64,000 nucleotides of DNA from NCBI GenBank assembly GCA_019358915.1, contig JAHHIM010000004.1, positions 115,920 through 179,919 on the forward strand, read 5' to 3'. Position 1 is the first letter of the stretch, and the number at the start of each line of letters is the position of its first letter. This document shows, piece after piece, positions 1-12,734 of the stretch. The notes beneath the pieces are model-generated. The model was not told where the DNA came from, did no database searches, and saw nothing but the letters and a program-made list of their open reading frames with translations. The position numbers were made by a program, and so were the translations under genes. This DNA comes from Trichormus sp. ATA11-4-KO1. Its GTDB lineage: Bacteria > Cyanobacteriota > Cyanobacteriia > Cyanobacteriales > Nostocaceae.

Positions 1-1
1 G

Positions 2-85
2 TGTATTGCTAGAGCGGCTCAAGAAGGCAATATGGAAGTGGAAATTGAACAGTTAAAAGCAGCTTTAGATCGGTTTTTGCCCTAG
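2..85 (+). CDS. C-terminal end of a CsoR/RcnR-family metal-sensing repressor (InrS-like), 5' part outside window
   Basis: Manual translation CIARAAQEGNMEVEIEQLKAALDRFLP* resembles the C-terminus of cyanobacterial InrS/CsoR proteins; not in the ORF track. Confidence 0.7.
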   Translation, partial: CIARAAQEGNMEVEIEQLKAALDRFLP

Positions 86-158
86 ATGGGGATAAGGGGA
101 TAGGGGGATGGGGGGACAAGGAGACAAGGGGATAAGAACAAAATACTCCCTTACTCCC

Positions 159-331
159 CAGGGCTGTTTCATTCGCTTGTGTTGGAGATTTGTCAAGAGG
201 ATAATCTCACGCAAAGGCGCAAAGACGCAAAGAAAAATCAGGTATTTCGGACTGAAGATGCCAAAATTTTCGGTCTTAATTGTGGATTTGCCCTTGCAAT
301 TTTAACCCTTTTAGGGAACGAATCAGCCCTG
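159..331. mobile_element. MITE of about 173 bp with CAGGGCTG termini
   Basis: Left end CAGGGCTGTTTCATTC vs reverse complement of right end CAGGGCTGATTCGTTC (14/16). CCCTTACTCCC flanks both sides (148-158, 332-342). Internal CGCAAAGG repeats. Confidence 0.75.
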
Positions 332-356
332 CCCTTACTCCCTACTCCCTACTTAC

Positions 357-1487
357 CTAATAAGAACAAGCGATCGCTAGTTCGGCATGTTGCAGTAGTG
401 TATTCTTGTCAAGAGCATGGATGATATATTGAGGCGTGACTGCTAGTAGTTTCTCAATTCTGTTTCTCGCTGCTGCTACTACTGATTCATCCAAGTTTCC
501 CTGGCTGAGAGAATTGGCAAAATCTTCAGCTATCTGATAGGTACGTTCAATAGATGAAGAATTGATATTACGCGAGACAATAAACAAGTCACAACCAGCA
601 GAAAACGCTCTTGCTATAGTCCCACTCTCTTTAAACATATTTGAGACAGCTTTCATATCTAAGTCATCAGAGACAACTACTCCCTGAAAACCCATTTCTT
701 CCCGGAGTATGCTCTTGAGGATAGCTGGGGAAAGTGTCGCCGGTAATTGAGGGTCGATTTTGGGAAATAGGATATGAGCTGTCATGATCAAAGGTACTTG
801 TTCCTCAATCAGCGCTTTAAACGGGATGAGTTCGCGAATTCGCAAGTCTTCTGGAGTGAGATTAAGTATTGGTAGCTCAATGTGAGAATCTTGGCTTGTG
901 TCTCCATGTCCGGGGAAGTGTTTAGCACATCCCAAAATTCCCGACTCTTGAAGTCCCAGGTAATATTCACGAACGCCTTGTGCAGCAGTTTCAGGAGTCC
1001 TACCAAAAGCACGAGGCCCAATGATGGGATTTTGGGGATGGGAAAAAATATCTGCTACAGGTGCCCATGATACATTTATGCCCAGGGATTTGAGTTCTAA
1101 GGCGGTAGCTTTTGCTACTTCGCGTGCGTGCGATGGACTTCGTCCCGCCTCTCCTACGGAACGCTCCGCGAACGGCGGTCGCAACAGTAAAGCATGGGGA
1201 AAGCGAGTAATTGGTAAAGGTGTCCGAATTACACGTCCCCCTTCGTGGTCTAAAGTCATGAACATTAAGTTACGTTCAGCATATTGTCTGATTTGGTCGT
1301 TCAAATCCTTGAAGCTTTCCAACCAAACTTCATAGGGAGTACCATCCAGAAAATTTTTAGCGAAAAATATTACCCCAACTGGTTTTAATTCATTGAGCGT
1401 CCGTTTATCGTCATCGCTTAATGTAGTACCAGATATCCCAAGTATTAAGTGGTGTCCAAAGCGCTCTAACTCTTGTGCAACTGCCAT
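357..1487 (-). CDS. nagZ: Beta-N-acetylhexosaminidase, glycoside hydrolase family 3
   Basis: DHEGGRV, IGPRAF, KHFPGHGDTSQDSH and VSDDLDM motifs; carries a 15-aa repeat-derived insertion. Confidence 0.9.
   Translation of the reverse strand: MAVAQELERFGHHLILGISGTTLSDDDKRTLNELKPVGVIFFAKNFLDGTPYEVWLESFKDLNDQIRQYAERNLMFMTLDHEGGRVIRTPLPITRFPHALLLRPPFAERSVGEAGRSPSHAREVAKATALELKSLGINVSWAPVADIFSHPQNPIIGPRAFGRTPETAAQGVREYYLGLQESGILGCAKHFPGHGDTSQDSHIELPILNLTPEDLRIRELIPFKALIEEQVPLIMTAHILFPKIDPQLPATLSPAILKSILREEMGFQGVVVSDDLDMKAVSNMFKESGTIARAFSAGCDLFIVSRNINSSSIERTYQIAEDFANSLSQGNLDESVVAAARNRIEKLLAVTPQYIIHALDKNTLLQHAELAIACSY
1130..1182. repeat. 45-nt small dispersed repeat insertion splitting a HIP1 site, in frame in nagZ
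   Basis: GCGAT[1135-1179]CGC; removing it restores GCGATCGC; outer part matches the reverse complement of 29932-29963. Confidence 0.8.
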
Positions 1488-2044
1488 AGTGATTTACCTA
1501 AGGTTATGTAACAAAACAACTGGGATTTTCAAGTCGAAGAAAATCAACTTTTATCCCATACTTTTATACCAATTACCAAAATATTGCCAACAACTAAATC
1601 TGCTAAAGGGTTGTATATCTGTATTTTCCTAACCATGTATTTGTCTTGGTTATTTTGTTATATGCTATTAAATAGCTTAAGTAATAAGGTTCAAAAATTT
1701 AGATTTTTTCTCAGTATTTGGTTAATCAGCAGGTGATTTATTGTTGCTAGCAATATCAAAGAATTAATTTCTCTGGGAGATTTTTTTTAGTTTTCACTAT
1801 CAGAAAAATTAACTTTAAGTGATTTTTTCTCTTTTGAAATATAAAGAAATCACTTTAAATCTTTAAAAAAATCTCTTACATAAAAAGAAATTATAAACTT
1901 ACTGTAATTCAGTCAATTTCTTAACCTTCATAACATAAAATTTTAATCAAGCAAGTACGCGTTTAAACTTACGCACTTACGAAGTCGTTTTCCAACACAA
2001 GCATTGATACCATTGCATCTTGCTATTTCAAGCTCAGGCGGCTT

Positions 2045-3001
2045 ATGTTTAAAGATTTGTTCAATAACTATCTGGAAAGAGACTTTACAAAGTTTTACAA
2101 TTGCTGTTATGAAAATTACAAAGGGCTAACTAAAAATCCTAGATGGCTCTTAATGCGTAAAGTTGCGCGCTTTCAGATGGGGAGAAACTTGATAATGTTT
2201 TTCTCTAAAGGCTCAACTAAATCATATTTACCATTGATTAATGAAAGTACTTCTTGCTTTGAAAGTGTGAGTGTAGATGCAGTTGTTAACGAATTAACAA
2301 TATCAGGATTATGTTTAGATATAAATCTACCTGCAAATGTCGTTGAAGAAATAGTTAATTTTGCTCAAGCAAATGTTTGTTATGGTAATCGAAAACCTGA
2401 TTTGGGTTTTTATTATCATCAAAAAGAGCAAGCAGAACATAAATCTGGTAAGCACTTTTTCATGGGTAGTTATTTCAACACGGCTTTGCTTTGCCCCGCA
2501 ATTAAAAAACTGCAACATGATCCAAAAATATTAGCGATCGCCGCCAAATACTTAGATGCTCAACCAGTACACCAAGGTAATCAGTTGTGGTGGAGTTTTG
2601 CAGGCAAAACAACATATCTGGAAAAGAGTCAAGCTGCTCAATTATTTCACTACGACATAGATGATTATCGCTTTATAAAATTTTTCTTTTATTTAACTGA
2701 TGTCGACGAGCAGAGTGGCCCTCATGCTTGTGTGCGTGGTAGTCATAAAAAGAAGAAAATTTCCCATATTTGGTTACATCAACGGGAAACAGACCAAGAT
2801 ATCATCGATTATTATGGACGGGAATCTTTAGCAGTCATTTGTGGGAAAGCTGGTTTGGGATTTGTAGAAGATCCATTTTGCTTCCATAAAGGCATAACTC
2901 CTACTCATAGAGACCGCTTAATATTACAAATGGAATTTGCTACAACTGATTATCAAATGCAGCATGATCTCAAAGATCCTTCTTTATTGAAATGTATTTA
3001 G
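2045..3001 (+). CDS. Putative Fe(II)/2-oxoglutarate dioxygenase, PhyH-like
   Basis: FHYDIDD (HxD), KFFFYLTDV..SGPH..VRGSH, distal FHKG and DRL. Confidence 0.65.
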   Translation: MFKDLFNNYLERDFTKFYNCCYENYKGLTKNPRWLLMRKVARFQMGRNLIMFFSKGSTKSYLPLINESTSCFESVSVDAVVNELTISGLCLDINLPANVVEEIVNFAQANVCYGNRKPDLGFYYHQKEQAEHKSGKHFFMGSYFNTALLCPAIKKLQHDPKILAIAAKYLDAQPVHQGNQLWWSFAGKTTYLEKSQAAQLFHYDIDDYRFIKFFFYLTDVDEQSGPHACVRGSHKKKKISHIWLHQRETDQDIIDYYGRESLAVICGKAGLGFVEDPFCFHKGITPTHRDRLILQMEFATTDYQMQHDLKDPSLLKCI

Positions 3002-3061
3002 TAGCTTGAATGCGGAAATAAACAGACCGTTCCAAATTAATGAAACGCTTACGCTGTATTC

Positions 3062-3161
3062 ATTTTGAATTTTGTAAAGCCCTGGCGGGCATGGCTGCGC
3101 TTACCGCGTAGCGTGCCTTGGGCTGCTATTTTGAATTTTGAATTCCGCCTTACGGTACTAG
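3062..3161. repeat. Remnant of a Nostocales intergenic repeat/MITE end with TTTTGAA heptamers
   Basis: ATTTTGAATTTTG...TTTTGAATTTTGAATTCCGCCTTACGGTACTAG with a GC-rich insert between the heptamers. Confidence 0.5.
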
Positions 3162-3302
3162 TGCCTGTGGATCTAGGTAAAATTTCCTCCTAGAGAAGTT
3201 TTTAGATCAGCGATCGCCCAACGACTGCCAAATGTAACGGATTGCAACGTATAATGAGAACGGCAAAACGATAAAGAAATTATTTAAAGGCAGTAAGTTT
3301 AA

Positions 3303-5658
<2,356 letters not shown>

Positions 5659-5723
5659 TTCAGATCAACGGTCAGTAGTCATCGGTAGCTCAGACAACAT
5701 AACTGACAATTGACAACTGACTG

Positions 5724-5752
5724 TTGACCAAACCCAAAAAATCTGCTAACAT
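5724..5752 (+). promoter_or_regulatory. Sigma70-type promoter of tRNA-Ser
   Basis: TTGACC-N17-TAACAT ending 19 nt before the tRNA. Confidence 0.6.
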
Positions 5753-5771
5753 TCTTATTCGTGACCCAATT

Positions 5772-5863
5772 GGAGAGGTGGCTGAGTGGTCGAAAGCGAC
5801 AGATTGCTAATCTGTTGTACGGCAGGTAACTCCGTACCGAGGGTTCGAATCCCTCCCTCTCCG
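5772..5863 (+). tRNA. tRNA-Ser (anticodon GCT)
   Basis: Acceptor stem GGAGAGG/CCTCTCC, anticodon arm ACAGA-TTGCTAA-TCTGT, long variable arm, GGTTCGAATCC T-loop; CCA not encoded. Confidence 0.95.
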
Positions 5864-6329
5864 TTTTAATATTATGTATAGGTAAGTAATTCAGTTCCTA
5901 TCCTAGTTTTCAGCCAACATTAGCATCATAGATACTGAAAACCTCTATAGTTTTTTCTTATTAATTAAATTAAATTGCAGAAACTTGATCTCAGTGTCCA
6001 ATAATCAAGATAGATAAAAACTATCTCTAGGACATAATCATGAATAAGTTTTATAAATTACTCATGGCCACTACAGCCATGCGAATTAGGTTGACAACTA
6101 GAATAAAATGCTCTCAGTGTAAATTAGGTTAATAGCGATCTCCTAGAGTTAGTGGATTTATCAGTAATAAATTATCCAGATAAACTAACCTCAGAGACAC
6201 GAAGGACGTAAAGCAATAAGGAACTATGAAACTCCCTATTCTCTAGCATCAACATTCGATATCCTTTAAACAACCGCAACCATGGGCAAATTAATTTTTG
6301 AGGATTAGCCCTTTCAGGGTATTGTATAA

Positions 6330-8090
6330 TTACCGAATATTCACCTCTTGTAAATGATGTTCTATCTGAAAATTCTCAACTCTAGTAGTTGAATTTGTCG
6401 GGACAAATGAATTAAAAGCAATATTTTGACCTTGAGATTTTAGACGCTGTTTTTGAGTATATTCATTCAGCTTTTCTTGAGCTTGAGCGTAAACAGAAGT
6501 ATCTTGAGGAATCTTGCGGAGAAATTGCACAGCACCATGAAAGTCACCCATGGATGCTTTTTTATTAGCATTATGTAAAAAATAGGCTGCTCGAATCTGT
6601 CGCTTCTGATTGTACTCAGCTAACTTTTGTTGAACTAAAGCACCAGCAGAACTTCCTTGAGGAATTTGACGCAGATATTCTATAGCAGTGGAAAACTCTC
6701 TAGCTATGGCTTTTTCGTAAGCTTTAGTTAATAAATCTTGCGTTTGTACTTCCATATTAACTTGTGCTTGCTGCACTAATTTGTCTACTTTTGATTGCCA
6801 ATATAAAATATCTGGCACTTGAGGTGCAACACTCAATACATCCGACCATCTACCCTCATCTAAAGCTTGTTCAGCGATGAAGTATTGTTCCGCCGCAAAT
6901 TGCCATTGGTGTTGCCATTCTTCAATTACGGCTTGAGCTTCTGGATAAATATTACTGTGATTAGGAATTGATTTAGCTAAAGCTAGGGCTTTTTGCAAAT
7001 CTCCAGCTTGATATTTTTCTGTAGCTTTGTATAAAGTTTCTGTTTCTGAGTAGGCTGGAGAATTATTAACTAGAGAATAGACTCCCAATCCCATCAACAA
7101 AGAATTAGCAGCTAATCCTAGTTTCATGCTTGTCAATAATGGCGATGCTTTCTCAGACATCAAATGTTGCGAAGCATGATCACTTGCAACCCCTACCTTT
7201 GGGTACGCATCAAACCGGGTTTCAGTAATTGGTGGTATCTGAGTTTCCCTAGTCATTTGCTTGAGTACACGCAGTACTTCAGTAGCAGATTGGAAGCGGT
7301 CTTGGAAATCATAGCGGATCATTTGGCTGAGAACCGCAGCGAGATAATCGTTAACTGGTGTGTCTTGAGAACGCCAGATAATTTCATTAGTATCAGTATC
7401 TGCTTTTAATTGCAGTGGCTCTAGTCCTGTTAAAGCCTGAATAGCAATCATACCTAAAGCATAAATATCACTATTGGGTTGTGTTTGACCGATAAATTGC
7501 TCTGGTGGGATGTACCCCAGTGAGGTGACAGGAATGCGATAGATAGGTAACTCCCCATCTAAACCCAAATCAACTGACTGGATTGAACCAAAATCAATTA
7601 AAACTAACTTGCCATCAATAGTACGTCTGATCAAGTTTTCTGGTTTGATATCACAATGAATAAAGCCTTGAGAGTGAATAAATTCTAAAATTCCCAAAAT
7701 ATCTTCTAGCAATTCCACAACTTCGCTTTCATTCCAAAGACATCCCCAATATTGATTGATAGGCAATTCCGCAGTCAATGAGTGTCCTTCCACAAACTCT
7801 TGCACTAAGTAGAACCGCTCATGTTCTTCAAAGCAGGTAATTAATTTAGGAATTTGGGGATGGCTTCCCAGTAGATGGAGAGTTGCTGTTTCAGTGAGAA
7901 AGCATAATCTTAAGGTGTCTAAGTAGCTGGGTGAGAAACTGTTACTCTTAAGCTGTTTAATTACACATTTGGGATTTTCGGGGTAATCTCTATCTACGGC
8001 GACATATGTCTGTCCAAATACCCCTGCACCCAGGCTTTGGACGATTTGGTAACGTGCTTGTAGTACTTTACCGATCATGTGCTGGTTCAT
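6330..8090 (-). CDS. Hanks-type Ser/Thr protein kinase with putative TM segment and helical-repeat C-terminus
   Basis: LGAGVFG, CVIKQL, HCDIKPEN, DFG, SDIYALG. Confidence 0.9.
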   Translation of the reverse strand: MNQHMIGKVLQARYQIVQSLGAGVFGQTYVAVDRDYPENPKCVIKQLKSNSFSPSYLDTLRLCFLTETATLHLLGSHPQIPKLITCFEEHERFYLVQEFVEGHSLTAELPINQYWGCLWNESEVVELLEDILGILEFIHSQGFIHCDIKPENLIRRTIDGKLVLIDFGSIQSVDLGLDGELPIYRIPVTSLGYIPPEQFIGQTQPNSDIYALGMIAIQALTGLEPLQLKADTDTNEIIWRSQDTPVNDYLAAVLSQMIRYDFQDRFQSATEVLRVLKQMTRETQIPPITETRFDAYPKVGVASDHASQHLMSEKASPLLTSMKLGLAANSLLMGLGVYSLVNNSPAYSETETLYKATEKYQAGDLQKALALAKSIPNHSNIYPEAQAVIEEWQHQWQFAAEQYFIAEQALDEGRWSDVLSVAPQVPDILYWQSKVDKLVQQAQVNMEVQTQDLLTKAYEKAIAREFSTAIEYLRQIPQGSSAGALVQQKLAEYNQKRQIRAAYFLHNANKKASMGDFHGAVQFLRKIPQDTSVYAQAQEKLNEYTQKQRLKSQGQNIAFNSFVPTNSTTRVENFQIEHHLQEVNIR

Positions 8091-8485
8091 GAGCTGGTTA
8101 CTGAGTAAGTCTTTACTATAGGTTTCCTGATATCACTAGTTTGTTCCGGAATACCTGAAAATAAATCAATGTAGCGTTAACTTCTGGAATATAAGCTAGT
8201 TTATTTCCGTATTTTTACTCAAAAGCATTCAACTGGTTGAATACTTCAATTATATAAAAACTTAAATTACCTATAGAGTATTAAATACAATAAGTAATTT
8301 TGCGTAAAAGATTTACCACGGTGCTTTTTTGTTTCCTTTTTCCTCACCTGTTAATAGAGTTTAGTATCCTCAATAGCAATATGCGTTATTAGTATCAAGT
8401 TAATGAGTGGTTATAGTAATACTAGATTATTGGGTTGGGTGGAACCTAGTAAAACCCCACACATTTTATATCTCAGGAGTTCACC

Positions 8486-8929
8486 ATGACTACAACACGT
8501 ATTCAAGAAATGGGAATTGTCACCACTACAATCACTGTCTCGAATTTGGTTGATGAAATTTTGGCAGAACGAGGATTTATCAAGAGCGAACAGATTCGCT
8601 CAATCACTCTTAATAATGTTTTAGTTGATACAGGGGCAACTCGTCTTTGTCTACCTACGGATATTATTATCCAGCTAGGCTTACCATTTGCTAGCGACAT
8701 TGATGTTAAAACTGCCGCAGGGATTTGCAAAACAAGACTTTTCAAACGAGTGAGTCTAACAGTTGCAGGACGACAAGGTGAATTCACTTGCACAGAATTA
8801 CCAGGAGGAGAAGAACCCCTTTTGGGCTTAATTCCACTGGAAGAACTGGGATTACAACCTGATGTGATTAATCAACGGCTAATTACACTACCAGAAACAG
8901 GCAAAGAGACTTATCATTTGATTTTGTAA
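8486..8929 (+). CDS. Clan AA (retropepsin-like) aspartyl protease family protein
   Basis: LVDTGAT motif and PLLG..PLEELGL; AGGAG RBS upstream. Confidence 0.8.
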   Translation: MTTTRIQEMGIVTTTITVSNLVDEILAERGFIKSEQIRSITLNNVLVDTGATRLCLPTDIIIQLGLPFASDIDVKTAAGICKTRLFKRVSLTVAGRQGEFTCTELPGGEEPLLGLIPLEELGLQPDVINQRLITLPETGKETYHLIL

Positions 8930-8956
8930 ATTTCAGCTTTACCCATGAATCGAGGA

Positions 8957-9085
8957 CTTAGTACAGATTTGCGTAAAATCGTGGCGAATTGAGGGTAGAA
9001 ATTTAAACGCAAAGGGGAGACAGCGACTGTCGTGCGCAGAGGTACGCAAAGAATTCGCTACGAATTAATGAAATGTTGTACTTAG
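8957..9085. mobile_element. Degenerate MITE-like element
   Basis: CTTAG direct repeats (8957-8961, 9081-9085) enclose TACA...TGTA ends; internal CGCAAAG/CGCAGAG units. Confidence 0.55.
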
Positions 9086-9112
9086 CTGTAATTGCTTTAG
9101 CAATATCCTATC

Positions 9113-10672
9113 TTAACTCTTGGCTTCTTCATCATATTCAACTAGTTCAGAGTTATTTGTTAAAGGCTTCACCACCCGTGCGATCGCTTCTTGCACAAAA
9201 GCCTTAATAAATTCATCCCGACGATTCATCTTAAATTGTTGCTTGACTACCTCAGTCATGCCACCATCACCCCAATCTTGATCATGACGAAAATATTCAA
9301 TAAAACTCTTACCAGCAATTCGGGTTAAATAAGCTGCTGTCACACCTTGAATTGCCCTACCCACAATAAAAGTGGCGACATGGAGTTGCAAAGCGGTGGA
9401 TATTAATTGAATTGCACCTTTGACTATCCCCAAACTAGCGATAGTTTTAGCTAAGGAAAGGGCTAACTCTTTTCCCCGTTCCATATTCAGTTCACAGCCG
9501 TATACCCGACCAATTTCTACGACCATTTGCGCATTAACGGCAGCTGTTGCTAGTAAATCTACCACTGGTAGAGGCGTGACTGATACCACTCCAGCACCAA
9601 TCCATTGAAATCGTTCGACAATTTTGTCAGCTTGGCGGCGACGTTGAGCATCAATGAGATTTCGCGCTTCTTCTCCTAGGCGTAGAGATTGCAAGAGAAT
9701 GTTATCTGCGACTAAATCTTCACCTTCAGCCCGTAAAATTGCCGCCATACGCCGCAGTAAAGGTGTAATATCTGGTTCTGGCTGGAAGGTTTCGCCAGTT
9801 TCTAGTTGTGCAGATTGGGGATTAGCCGCGATCGCTACTACATCATTTGGGGCAATAAATCCCCGCACCCGTTGACGTAACCGTGCCAGAATAGACTCTT
9901 TATCTTCATCTGTGTACAAGTCAGTTTTGTTGAGAATCAGGAGCGATCGCTTGCCAATTTCTGCTAAACTGCGTAGCGGTTCATATTCAGAGCGTCGCAA
10001 GTCATTATCGACAACAAACAACAGTAAATCGGCTGAAGTTGCCAGCTCTCGCGCCAGTTGTTCTCTTTCTGTTCCCGCTATTCCTGCTTCTAAAATCCCT
10101 GGCGTATCGGTAATTAAAATCTTGCGTTCTAATCCCTTTAACCGTAGACAATAAGTTTCCCCGGCTTGGGTAGTTCCCATTGGTGCATCTACCTGACCCA
10201 CCATGCGCCCCATAATGGCATTAACTAGGGAAGTTTTACCAGCACTCCCCGTGCCAAACACCACTACTTGAATTTCCCCTCGTGCTAAATTAACTTCAAT
10301 TTCGCGGGATTTACTTAATAAAGCTTGCCTTGCTACTTCATCTTGAATTTGGGCTACCTGTTGGCGCACAGCCTGAAGAGTTGTGGAAGCCGCATCAGAT
10401 TTAGCAGCCGGAATTTCTGCCGGGGTAACTCGTCTTCGGCGGCGCGATCGCTTTTCCCCGGCTTGTAATACCAGCACATAGTAAACAAACCCCGCAACCA
10501 AACTGCCAATTAACAAAATCAGCAACAACAGCAGCAAATTGCCCAGCAGTGGAGAATAAGACAACTGCCAGTAAAGCCGAGAGAGGGAATCAATCAGCCA
10601 CAGGCTTAACCCCAAAATGACGGTTAAACCAACAATCAGCGTGACTATGCGCGACAGAGGCATGGATGGCAA
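9113..10672 (-). CDS. Membrane-anchored GTP-binding protein, YcjF/DUF697 family
   Basis: Two N-terminal TM helices, GTGSAGKTS, DTPG, NKTD, C-terminal PLPVVDLLA DUF697-like region. Confidence 0.85.
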   Translation of the reverse strand: MPSMPLSRIVTLIVGLTVILGLSLWLIDSLSRLYWQLSYSPLLGNLLLLLLILLIGSLVAGFVYYVLVLQAGEKRSRRRRRVTPAEIPAAKSDAASTTLQAVRQQVAQIQDEVARQALLSKSREIEVNLARGEIQVVVFGTGSAGKTSLVNAIMGRMVGQVDAPMGTTQAGETYCLRLKGLERKILITDTPGILEAGIAGTEREQLARELATSADLLLFVVDNDLRRSEYEPLRSLAEIGKRSLLILNKTDLYTDEDKESILARLRQRVRGFIAPNDVVAIAANPQSAQLETGETFQPEPDITPLLRRMAAILRAEGEDLVADNILLQSLRLGEEARNLIDAQRRRQADKIVERFQWIGAGVVSVTPLPVVDLLATAAVNAQMVVEIGRVYGCELNMERGKELALSLAKTIASLGIVKGAIQLISTALQLHVATFIVGRAIQGVTAAYLTRIAGKSFIEYFRHDQDWGDGGMTEVVKQQFKMNRRDEFIKAFVQEAIARVVKPLTNNSELVEYDEEAKS

Positions 10673-10818
10673 GGTGAGTTAATAGGTAATTTATAGGCTG
10701 ATGCTTTTCATATTAACGTGAGTTTGACAGAACTCAACTGAAAATTAGATGATGGCAAACAAGAGGTTTTTGATAAAAGTTGACTTTGACAAGTTGATTC
10801 ACAATTGGAGAGACTTAG

Positions 10819-12621
10819 ATGATGACAGATTTGAATAATGTTATTAATCAATATGCAGTCAAACTAAGTGAATTAAAATCAGAAAATGTTCCCCAGTTTT
10901 ACCAAGTTGTCCAAGTTTTAATTGTGCGTGATTATATTCAAGAATTTATAGATGAAAATAATGATATTGAAAACAAGTCAATAATTAAAGATATTACAGA
11001 AATATCAAGAATTGACACTGAGCTTAAACAACAATTAGTTAGATTAAGAACAGCTTGGACAGGAAAAAATAGAGAACAATATTTAGAGAAGAAAAATAAA
11101 TTAGAAAAAGAGATTGATTTATATACTAAAACCCCTAACTCTTGGTGGTGGACACGGTTTAGACATGATATTAGTAACTGGGATAGATTAGATGTAATTA
11201 CGAATGTTGCCACAGTTTTAGTGTCCATAGGAGCGACTACTATTTTTACTCAAACACTACAAATACTTTTATCAATTGGCGGCTCAAGTTTTGTGGGAAC
11301 ATTTACTACATTAACTCAAGCTTCATTGGGAGTTTTCTTTGCTAGTGGCACGTTGACAGATACGGGTAAGAAGAAAGTTCACAAATTACTTGATAAAATT
11401 TCAATTCCTCGTCATTTCCATAGTGAAGTTATTTTGTTGGTAGCAATTATGTTATCTGGAGCTTTTTGGCAAATAAAAGAATTTGGAGTTTCTCAGTTAG
11501 AAAAAAATTATACTCAACAAGCACAAGCATATTTTCATGAGAATGATTTTTACCAAAGTATCAATATTTATAAAAAATTACAAATTCTTAATCCTAATTT
11601 TGAAATATCACCAATTTTAGGTTTTGCATACGAGTTAAATTTACAGTTAGACCAGGCAAAAGCAGAGTATATAAAAGGTATAGCTAAAAAAGATGCTCAA
11701 TCACTGATTGGTCTATCAAGAGTAACTGTCTTACAAGAATTACTACAATCAGAATCTGGTTTATTAGGAAATATTTCTCAGGGAGATATTACCATAATTC
11801 AGCTTTATCTCAATGATGCCAGACGAAAAATCCTAAATGAATTACTTTCAGACATACTACATATAATTAATTTTATTCCCCAAGACAAGATTTCTCCAAA
11901 TGTACAGCAGGCTATTGATTTTATCAAAAATATTACACAAGATGAATCTTATATAAGTAACCGCAAATATTTTCATGAAGTTATATTAGCTTTAGATAAA
12001 ATCAATCTAGAAATAAAAGATAATCGCATAAGTAATTTTTTGTCTAAACTTTATAGTCCAGAAAATCAAGCAACACAATTATTGATAGAAGCTAGGACTG
12101 TTGAGATTATATTAAACTGGTCTAAAGTAAATTTCCAGACAATAGATTTAAGCAACACAAATTTATCTGATTTTACAAATAATGGATATTTATCAGGTGA
12201 ATTTATTGTCGCAGGATTTGAGGAGCAGACTCCTGAACCTCCATTTGTAGTAAATCCAGGAAGTACCGAAGAATACATCACAATATATGAATTTAATTTA
12301 GAAGAAAGAGATAAAAGATATCAAGAAGTTTTGATTGCAAAATACAAAAAATTACCTATATGGAAGAAATTAAATTGTTATTTACAAATAGATAAATACT
12401 TAAATACAGTTAATCAAAATGCAAATATAAATGATGTTTCTGATGAAATCAAAGAACAATTACAAACACAGACAAATCAAACTTTTCAATGTTTAAATAA
12501 TTTTAGAAATAACAATTCTCCAGGAATGCAATTAAGTGTTTATGAAGTTCAGCTAATGTTTGAAGTTTTTAATACTGCTTTTAGACAAGCTGAAACTTCT
12601 GGTCTAATAAGTATTCATTAA
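10819..12621 (+). CDS. AT-rich hypothetical membrane protein with TPR-like segment
   Basis: 600-codon ORF with GGAG RBS, WWW motif, several hydrophobic helices around aa 125-220, TPR-like LGFAYE..QLDQAKAEY. Confidence 0.7.
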   Translation: MMTDLNNVINQYAVKLSELKSENVPQFYQVVQVLIVRDYIQEFIDENNDIENKSIIKDITEISRIDTELKQQLVRLRTAWTGKNREQYLEKKNKLEKEIDLYTKTPNSWWWTRFRHDISNWDRLDVITNVATVLVSIGATTIFTQTLQILLSIGGSSFVGTFTTLTQASLGVFFASGTLTDTGKKKVHKLLDKISIPRHFHSEVILLVAIMLSGAFWQIKEFGVSQLEKNYTQQAQAYFHENDFYQSINIYKKLQILNPNFEISPILGFAYELNLQLDQAKAEYIKGIAKKDAQSLIGLSRVTVLQELLQSESGLLGNISQGDITIIQLYLNDARRKILNELLSDILHIINFIPQDKISPNVQQAIDFIKNITQDESYISNRKYFHEVILALDKINLEIKDNRISNFLSKLYSPENQATQLLIEARTVEIILNWSKVNFQTIDLSNTNLSDFTNNGYLSGEFIVAGFEEQTPEPPFVVNPGSTEEYITIYEFNLEERDKRYQEVLIAKYKKLPIWKKLNCYLQIDKYLNTVNQNANINDVSDEIKEQLQTQTNQTFQCLNNFRNNNSPGMQLSVYEVQLMFEVFNTAFRQAETSGLISIH

Positions 12622-12734
12622 TTGCAAGAGAAAGGCAGGGTGCAGGGTACAGGGGTGAAGTTTTCTAACTCAATTCCCATTGCCCCTTATCCCCACTCCC
12701 TGCGGTCGCGGGGGTTCCGAGTTCCCCATGACAA

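Noticed and set aside
108..424. Short ORFs 108-305 and 179-424 (also 31344-31532 and 59985-60260)
   Set aside because: They translate MITE and STRR sequence (RKGAK / QRRK / LRLCAFA repeats) and show no protein features
5772..5863. tRNA-Ser or tRNA-Asp as island integration sites
   Set aside because: No integrase and no duplicated tRNA 3' end seen in the window
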